A DNA stretch of 64,000 nucleotides from Bacillota bacterium (lineage in GTDB: Bacteria; Bacillota; Clostridia; Christensenellales; UBA1242): assembly GCA_009784555.1 (NCBI GenBank), contig WRBO01000005.1, forward strand, positions 6,406 to 70,405, read 5' to 3'. Under the pieces are notes generated by a model. It did no database searches. It worked only from the letters and a program-made list of their open reading frames with translations, and was not told where the DNA came from. This document shows positions 18,490-26,900 of this stretch, piece after piece; the stretch's first letter is position 1, and every line of letters starts with the position of its first letter. The position numbers and the translations under genes were made by a program.

Positions 18490-18859
18490 CGTTTTGCCCG
18501 AGGCGAAGCCGTGTGATGCACCCGCAGGGTTAACATTATAGTTCGGGCCGAGGCCGCAGGCCGAGCGTTTGGCCCGAAGCGAAGCTTGGGGGGGGTTTTC
18601 TATTTCTTGTTTTTCGCTGGGGGGGGGTTCTCCAGTTGGAGGCGATATTTAATTTTCAATTTTCATTCATCCAAAAACATGGATGATGGCGAGGCGCGCC
18701 AGGTAAGTCTTTCCGCACATCGAGGACTCCCCCATATCTGGCGGATATAACACATCTGATTTATCCGCAGATGAAGGAAAGAGCTTGCCTAGGCAGCCGA
18801 TGCCTTTGCACCTTATAGTAACATGGGATTTTTGGGCGTCAAGGGGGTTGGTGACATTT
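18490..18859 (+). ncRNA. Structured repeat element, copy A (candidate novel ncRNA or structured repeat)
   Basis: The 5' half is near-identical to 38591-38745. The 3' half is homologous to the reverse complement of 42975-43190. Twin G tracts are G8 at 18588-18595 and G9 at 18619-18627. Conserved hairpins include CATCCA-aaaaca-TGGATG (18668-18685). A long helix pairs 18701-18714 with 18776-18790 and covaries with copy C. Confidence 0.5.
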
Positions 18860-19285
18860 TTAGTCGGATGTTACTTTTTCGAGGATGTCTTTGAAAGTTT
18901 CGATTTCTTGTGCAGTTACCCTGTTGACCCAAAACGGTGCCGCTTGCCTGTATTTCGATATTTTATCGTCAAAGTATGCCTGGCCCTTTGGTGTTAGAAT
19001 GATTTTGAAGTTCTTGCCGATGTTATCCGATTTGTCCCGTTGTACTATGCCGTTCCTTTCAAGGTCGGCTATGGTTCGTGAAACCAATCCTTTGTCCGTT
19101 GAGGTCATTTCGGCAAGTTCAGCCATCGAATAGCCTTTTCCGTCTTTGATTATTGGGACGATTACCCGTAACTGCCCCCTGGTGACTTCTTCACTTTCGA
19201 GAAGTTTATATGTACCCTCTATCCGTTTTATAAGTTTTTTAAGCCGTACAACAATATCCTCGGCCATTTCATACTTTGCTTTCAT
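18860..19285 (-). CDS. MarR family transcriptional regulator
   Basis: 141 aa winged-HTH pattern (YSMAELAEMTSTDKGLVSRTIADLERNGIVQRDKSD). It is the last gene of the ABC operon. Confidence 0.8.
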   Translation of the reverse strand: MKAKYEMAEDIVVRLKKLIKRIEGTYKLLESEEVTRGQLRVIVPIIKDGKGYSMAELAEMTSTDKGLVSRTIADLERNGIVQRDKSDNIGKNFKIILTPKGQAYFDDKISKYRQAAPFWVNRVTAQEIETFKDILEKVTSD

Positions 19286-19301
19286 TGCACCTCCCAGATT
19301 C

Positions 19302-20087
19302 CTATAGCGGCAAGTCCTTTTTCAAGAATTTTGTAATTCCGATGACATAGAGTACCGCACCGATGGCGAACATTGCAATGAATTGACCGATGAATCCCCC
19401 GATATCGCCGCCAGTAATTGCGGTTGTATCAAACAAGGTGTTAAGTGAGAAGTATTTCAGGAATTCGGCATCATTCAGGGTAATAAGCGGTGACATAGAA
19501 GCAAACAAGAAGAATGCAACCGGAAGTCCCGCGCCGACCATCAATGATTGGCTGCTCTTGTTGAACCAGCAGCTGGCGAAGAAACAAATCCCGCTGATTG
19601 CGAAACCGAACAATAATGCGCCCAGTATTATTAGCCATAGATTTCCTATGTTTATATTGGCACCGACAGCCGAGCTGACCGTGATGCCCACAAGACCCAT
19701 AGTCAAAATCATAACGATCATCGAACCGATGTAAAACAATGCTTTTGTGAAGATGATTTGTTTGCGGGTTGTTGGTGTGTTTAGGATGAAGCTCATTGTT
19801 CCGCGGTCGACTTCACTGGCGACAAGTTTATTTCCAGTTGTAATCAGGTAAACAAGCATCAATAGGATACCCATGCCACTGGCCCCAAAGAATGCCGCCG
19901 CATACAGGTCGGTCATGTTAGGCGGGGATTGCCCCAATTCGGCCAGTCGGTCAAGGTTTGCAGGTGAGTTCATAACAACAGTTATCATTGTGATAAACAG
20001 GGAAAGTACGACCGTTAAAATAGTCCACATTTTCCAACTGTTCCTGACATTTTGTTTCATTACATGTTTAGACAGCAACTTGTTCAT
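19302..20087 (-). CDS. ABC-2 type transporter permease
   Basis: Six predicted TM segments. The start MNKLLSKH at 20087 is preceded by AAGGAGG, and the ORF is open to 20117. It overlaps the ATPase gene's 3' end by 20 nt. Confidence 0.75.
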   Translation of the reverse strand: MNKLLSKHVMKQNVRNSWKMWTILTVVLSLFITMITVVMNSPANLDRLAELGQSPPNMTDLYAAAFFGASGMGILLMLVYLITTGNKLVASEVDRGTMSFILNTPTTRKQIIFTKALFYIGSMIVMILTMGLVGITVSSAVGANINIGNLWLIILGALLFGFAISGICFFASCWFNKSSQSLMVGAGLPVAFFLFASMSPLITLNDAEFLKYFSLNTLFDTTAITGGDIGGFIGQFIAMFAIGAVLYVIGITKFLKKDLPL

Positions 20088-20853
20088 TTGGTGCCTCCTT
20101 TTGTTCACAATCGGCAAGTTCGTCCTTGTAGTAGTGCATGAAGAATTTTTCGATGCTGAATTTCGCGGGAACCATGTACTTTGCGTCTTTCTTTTTATTC
20201 ATTTCTTCCAAGTCGACCTGGGCCACCAATTTGCCCTGTTTAATAATTGCAACACGGTCACAAGTTTTTTCGATTTCTTCGAAGATATGGCTGCTCATTA
20301 AAATTGTTTTGCCTTTTTCTTTTTCGCGGCGGATTAGTTCACAAAATCGGGCTTGCATAAGCGGGTCAAGGCCGCTGGTAGGTTCGTCAAGAATGATTAT
20401 GTCGGCATCGTGCATAAATGCAATGACCAAGGCGATTTTTTGTTTCATGCCTTTGCTCATACGTTTTAGTTCGCCAGCCGCCTTTAGTTGGAAGTATTGA
20501 CAAAGCTCTTCTGCCCTTTTCAAATCGACCCCGCGAATTGCGGCAATTTGTTTTATAAAGTTCCATCCGCTGGTATTGTCTGGGAAAGCGATTTCACCCG
20601 CGACATAGCCAATGTGTTTTTGTACCTTTTGCGGTTCCATCCAACAATCAAGTCCCATAATTTCCGTTTTGCCGCCATGTGGTTTTGTAAATCCCAACAG
20701 GTGTCTGATGGTCGTTGATTTCCCCGCGCCGTTCGGCCCAAGAAAGCCAAAGACCTCGCCGCGCTTGACCTCGAACGAAACATCAAATACACCCCGTCCA
20801 GAGCCGAAGTCTTTTGTTAGATTAGTGACCCTGATAACAGTTTCTTCCGTCAT
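20068..20853 (-). CDS. ABC transporter ATP-binding protein
   Basis: Walker A GPNGAGKST, signature-like MSKGMKQK, Walker B IIILDEPTSGLD. SD AAGGAG precedes the ATG. Confidence 0.9.
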   Translation of the reverse strand: MTEETVIRVTNLTKDFGSGRGVFDVSFEVKRGEVFGFLGPNGAGKSTTIRHLLGFTKPHGGKTEIMGLDCWMEPQKVQKHIGYVAGEIAFPDNTSGWNFIKQIAAIRGVDLKRAEELCQYFQLKAAGELKRMSKGMKQKIALVIAFMHDADIIILDEPTSGLDPLMQARFCELIRREKEKGKTILMSSHIFEEIEKTCDRVAIIKQGKLVAQVDLEEMNKKKDAKYMVPAKFSIEKFFMHYYKDELADCEQKEAPNEQVAV

Positions 20854-20870
20854 TTTACTCCTTTTAATGC

Positions 20871-20926
20871 AATAGTTGACATGTCAACTATTGGACAGTA
20901 TATGCCCACAAAGTTGATATGTCAAC
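20871..20926 (-). promoter_or_regulatory. Promoter plus palindromic operators of the ABC-marR operon
   Basis: Minus strand reads TTGACA (20925-20920), 17 nt, then TATACT (20902-20897). A perfect 22-bp palindrome AATAGTTGACATGTCAACTATT (20871-20892) lies between the -10 and the SD. A second, imperfect palindrome GTTGATATGTCAAC (20913-20926) overlaps the -35. Confidence 0.6.
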
Positions 20927-20948
20927 CATTTCAAAGGAGGTTTTTTAG

Positions 20949-23900
20949 TTATTTGACCCTCATGCGGTGACGCATTGTGAAGAATAGACCGACACCCACA
21001 ATTAAGAAGCCGACGACACCCACAATGACCATGATTGCAACCATGTTCAGACCCTCGCGGATGACGAATGATTCGGCGAAGATTGTAGCACCGCTGGCTA
21101 CCTCTAGCCTTATTTGATATGAGCCGACCTCGATAAATGGAAATCCCGCCAGGATGTTCGGTGAGCCCGCGTGCATGACGATTCGGTGAAATTCCTCTCC
21201 GTCACGTGTTAGTATCAGTTCCGAGTCGCCGAAGAGTTGGAAAATCAAATACGGGTTGTATCGGATTATGAATACGTCTGTGGTTGTGCTGCCGAATGGG
21301 TGGTTGCTCTGGATTACTGGTTGTTGCATTGGCATTATCATAATTGTAAACGACCGATAGATTGGTGGGCGGATATTGCCCTGGGCCACGCGCATTGTTA
21401 CGATGTATTGGCCACTGCGCCCTACGCCCGCGCGCAGGGATATTTGTGTCAGGTGTCCCTCGGGGAACAGGTGGCGTGCATCCGAACCGTTCAATGCCAC
21501 ACCCACGATTTCGATGTTTGGGGCGCCAGGGACGAAGAAACTCTCCATATGTTCGGTTGGGTTTACCAGTTGAACCATGAAGTCAATTCGCAGGCGGCCA
21601 GCAGGAGTCAAGTTATAAACGTATTCAACGGTAAAGCGATATAGCCCCGGGTCGGTGAAGTTCCAGAAGCGGCGTTCATGTTGACTGGTTGCCCGGAAGT
21701 CCTCTATTACCATGCCGTTACGTGTAACATGCATTTGCGAGATATACATGTGCAGGCCAGGCAAGCTGTTTGATGTGAATGGGATTTCCATCACGTTTAT
21801 ATTTATTTCGTTGTTGAACACCATTCCATCAATGACCGATTCCCCGTTTACCAAGATTGGTGGGCGGGTCAAGTTAATCAAGGTAAAGTGTTCGACCGTA
21901 TCCGTGTCTGTTGTGCCAGGGATGACATAGGTGAATATCCTGTGGTTTCCCGCCCAGTCCATAATTCGGAATGTAATCAATCCGTAATCGTGCGCGGACA
22001 GGCGCAATTCGTCCCCGACGAACAGACGTCCCACAGGGCGGCCGTTGAATGAATAATCGGCAAAATACAGGTTGCCAGGGTGTTGGTTGTGGCGGGCGCC
22101 CCCAGGTGTTTGCAGGGTTACAATCAGCCCAGCCGCGCCCAATTGGTTAAACAGAAGGTAATGCGGCACAGGCAGGCCCGCACCCTCGGCCGGGAAGGCG
22201 TTTGGACTCTCGACATTTATGGATACGTTTGATAACTCGCTGCTCCATATTGGTGTTACGGCCAGGTACATGCGACTGCCCGTTAGGTCGGATTCCAGGA
22301 TGTATATGTATGTAAAGACACTGTTCCCTATTATATCTTGGCCAGACAATTCGACCTGGGGGTCGTCCATGTTTATTACACGGCGCGGATAGTTCAATGA
22401 CGGCACGATTTCCAAGCGGTCTTGCCATTCTTCTTGGTTGTTTTCGACGACGATGAAATAGCTTGGGATACGGCGTTGTTGGAATGTGTTGCCGACGGCT
22501 ATGTTTAGAATGAATGGCTCGGGACTGGCAATTAATTGGGTACGGTCATAGCGCGGGTTTGATTCGCTCTCGGGTTCCCAATCCGCAAAGTCAGGGTTTT
22601 CGGTGTTAAAGAAGACCTGGTACGTTGTGTTGTCGACGTCCGTGATTGTGAATTCGTATGTTGAAACAGCCCATGCATCGTTCATTACGGTTATCACGTA
22701 TCGGCCCGCGTTCGTCAGGTTGAATCGTGTTTGACCGCGGCGCACGGTACGAGTAGTTGTCAGCAGGCGGCGGTTAGTTTCCGATTCGTCCAGTGTAGGG
22801 TCAAAGTTTGGGTTTGGGAATGTACGCGCGTATGTAATTGTAACGTTGAACAGGGTGCTTGGGTTGATGAAGCTGACGGATACTATGCCGTCGACCGAGC
22901 CCATTGCGATGTCCTCGGACACGTCCCCCCCGTTCAGGTTCGAGAATATCATTTCAGGCAGGTTGATATAAAACACCCATTCTTGGTCAAAGATTACGTG
23001 GCCCGTGCCACGGCTGACCAAGACTACCCGCCAATGTGATTGGGCGAAGGCGGAAGGCAGGCCAAAATGTACCGTCATCATATTTTCGTATGGGGTGAAT
23101 GTCATGTTTTCGGCACTGTTGATAAATTGGCCGTTGCGGTAAACACGTAGCTCGTGAACGTTCGAGGTAAAGGATATTTCCACGCCGCGTTCGTCACCCG
23201 TATGGTGCAGTAATCGGTTCTGTACAACGACCGGTTGTGTTCCACCCAGGAACGCAAAGCCAAATTCATTGCCCCAAATTCCGTTGTGTTCGGCGACGAC
23301 TTGGCGGCGGAATGGGTCGGTGACGGTTATGCGCAGTTCACGTGATGCCCCGTTTGGAATGATGACCTCGCCCGTGTGGGGGATGAATTCCTGGCTGACA
23401 TGTGTGCCGTCGAACATATCAAACAGGCCCAGGGTCATGAAGTTGAAACTGCGGAACATTGGGTGTAGTAGATGCCAGTTCACGATGGATACCGTGAGAG
23501 AACCGTTATCCCCCTCGGCCATTGCAATCATAGGCATCAGAGTATTGTTAGTAATTTGGAATACATCCACGTTCCATACATGAAAGCGGTTGTTTATTGT
23601 TAGGGTCATGACACCCTCGCCCAATGCGCCTATCCAACCGTTCAGAACATCGACCAAGTCGGCAGGGCGCGCGTTATTGAATACCATCGGCGTTTCGATA
23701 AAGTGATGGCCGCCCAAGGTTATTCCCGTTTGCGCGGTTTGATTAAATCGGCGGAAGACACGGTTTTCGTATCGAATTTCAAAGTAAGGGTTTTGGTTCC
23801 AGAACTCGGTCACATCATTTACGCGCAAGCCTTGGCCGAAGACACGAACCTGGTCCGCTATTAGGTTGTCGCCGTCAACCACGCCCGCCGTACCGATACG

Positions 23901-26900
23901 GTCGATGTATCCCAGTCCGCGTAGTTGGATAAAGTACTCGCGAGTGTTGCCGGCCTCGTCCCTTTCGGTTATTCGGAAGAAACGCGATTGACCCGGTTGC
24001 AATCCAACACGTTGGGCGAACGGTGCCCCACCGTATTCAAAGTGGATTTCACCCGTCATAGGGGTTAGGGCGGGTGTGACCTCTACATATGATATCGAGA
24101 AAGCCTCTAAATCTGGGTTCAGGATAGGGCGACTAAATATAAAATTATTTGGTACCGCATAGATAAACCTATCTTCGTTCAGGTCATTTGTGGTGAACCC
24201 CGCACGTTCGTTCCAGAGTCTGTCCAAGGCTTGGATATTTCGGAAGTTGTGTTGCGGCGGCGTATTGTCGATGACAATCGAGTGTGATATCGGCGGAACC
24301 ATCGGGTCATCGGTATAGAGGATGACGCCGAATACATCGTTCTCGGCCCATCCCATGTTGGTCAGCATGTATTCAACGCGCACCACCCCGCCGTCGACCG
24401 TTTGGGTCAACGATGGAACGTTTGTAATTGTTGGGTGGTTTGGGGTGTTTAATTGTCCGCGGGTGATGCGGCTGTTTGTTACGTCGGCGAAGAACCTGTT
24501 TGGGTCGGATTGGGTGTACACAAAGCGCAATGTTTCGCCCGTTTGTAATTGTGTCGAGCCCAATGAAACACGGTTAGTTCCGCGATAGAATGCACCTGGG
24601 CTGCCTCCTCTTTCGATTTCAAAGAGGATTTCACTCCTGTTTGGTTCGTTGATACGTTCGCCAAAGCCATAGAGTTGCCATCGCATACCGCCACTGCCGT
24701 CTGTGAATGATAGCCTGTACATTCCTGTGTCTGTGAACGGGATGGATGCGTTGTTTGCGTTACGGTCGCGCAGGGTTGTAAAATCACCGCCCGCGATATC
24801 CCGTTGTTGTACCACCAAATTCAAACGCAAGGATTGAAAATTAAAGGATGTTTGCGGAATACGCGCCCCGAATTCATTTGTGGTATAGAAGTGCAGTTGC
24901 ATGATGCTGGACCCGAAGGCGACCTCCTCTCCGTCCACAATCGCCGTGTGTCCGAACTTTGTTCCGAATGTTGGCATTCGCACGGATGCGGTCGAGTTTG
25001 TTTGCAACACGACATCGTGGCCAGGAACCATGCGGGTGTTATTTATTCTTTGAAAGTTTGTAATGTCAGCAGTTTTCAGGCCAAAGTCGATTTCAATCGC
25101 ACTGTCGAAAACCCCTGGGTTCGCGATAATTGGTGTATTATCAACGATAAAGAAATAGTTTCGTTCGATTTCGTCCAATCGGTCGGCGGGCACCGTGACC
25201 GGGTTAAATCGGCGGGTGATTACATAGACACCAGGCAAGGTTCCCTCGTTACGGTCGGCACGGTTGATTTCGCGATAAACCCAATGTTCGGCCAAGTTCG
25301 TGTTGGCGGGGCGTTGATACAAACGCTCGGTCGATGTGACATCGCGCGCGAACGGATAGTTCGGGTTGACGTGGCGGGTGCGGATGACCTCGTCATCCAC
25401 CGTTTCCTCTGTATAATAAAATCTTTGCCAATTTAATTCGTGGAATGCCATGTCGACCGTATCAACAACAAATTGGTTGTTCATTCCGCCGACGATAAAT
25501 TCACTCTGTAAAAATGCAAATGTCGCAAATTCGCGGTTGGAAATTCCGCCCGGGCGAACGACCGAGGCCGTTTCGCTCCATTCGTCGCTGGCCGCATCGA
25601 CCACCAGTTCGGGCACATCGTCCTCTAGGATTGTTCCACGGCTCATATCGAAATTCACGAAAACGTAATAGAACGATATGTTGCCCAGCGCGTCCTCGGT
25701 ACGGAAGATATAGAAATTTTCGCGGTTCAGATGAACATAGTGGCGGTTGACGTTCGCGGGAACCTCTATGTCCCAATCGGTGCCCTCCAATGCCAAATGT
25801 TCCCCCAATGGGCGGTTGCGGTCAAATACCGTTTGGAAACTGGTTTCCGCCATTTCTAAACTTATCCCTACGTTATCGATTGGAATTGCGAAACCATAGC
25901 GTGTTTCCCATTCCTCGCGCGGGAAGAGCGTTCCGATTGAATTTACACGCGGTACGATGGCCGTGCCGAACATGCCCGCGTTCGCCAATATTTCATAAAG
26001 GGTTTCGGTCGTGTACAATGTTGTGCCAAGGCCGCGGACATGGAAATCCAAGGCGGCGGACATCGCAACGTCCGAGCCGATGATTTTATTTTGTCCGAAC
26101 CCGACCCACGTTGCCTCGGTCGTCATGTTCATGTGGTTCAAATCGTCAACCATCGGGTTTTGGGCAAAGCCCTGGGTTGAGTTATCAATTACCAATGTGA
26201 AAATAGACGTATTTCCCGCCATGTCCATGATGTGGAATATGTACAATCCCGCCGCACGGAAAGTAATCGGTAAACGATATCCGATATGGGTGTTGTTAAC
26301 GTCGCGTATCATAACGGGGCGCAGTTGCAATGGCTCGGCCCCCGTGCCCATCATCGTATATGGCGTGGCCAAGTTCGCCGCGGTATGGTCATCCGTTTGC
26401 AGGAAACTGGTAAACCTGTTTTCAAATGCGTGAAAGAAAACCTGGGCACGGTGAAAACTGACACCGCTTGGTTTTAATCCCCAACGCAATCCGATTTCAA
26501 AGTTGATGTCACCCGCACCCCCCCATATGGCAAAGTCAGGGTGTGTGTTTGGAACGACGAATTCGCGCCCGCCAACGTTTTCCAATTGGAATGAATTGAC
26601 CTTGGAGTTATCGACGATGACACTGAATTGCGCGCTGGCCTGGCCCAATGCCCCGTAAAAAACACGGAAGGTATATATTCCGTCGAAATAACGGCCCTCG
26701 GCATCCAATTGAGTTGCCAGTTGCGTTGCGAAATTTTCCAAATCAAAAGACGGGATTGTGCGAATATGTTGTCCGTCAAAGGTCGTGATGACCAATTCGA
26801 TACGCGGGCGCATCATAAATGGTGACAATTCGGAATACGCCGTTGCCCCGTCCATGAATACGAGGAATGAGCCACTTAACGTAACGCGGCGGTCAACAAA

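Noticed and set aside
18490-18859. CRISPR array, retron msr/msd or group II intron as explanations for the repeated structured element
   Set aside because: There is no regularly spaced short-repeat and spacer organisation. There is no reverse transcriptase or Cas gene nearby. There are no group II 5' GUGYG or domain V signatures. The copies are dispersed, not tandem.
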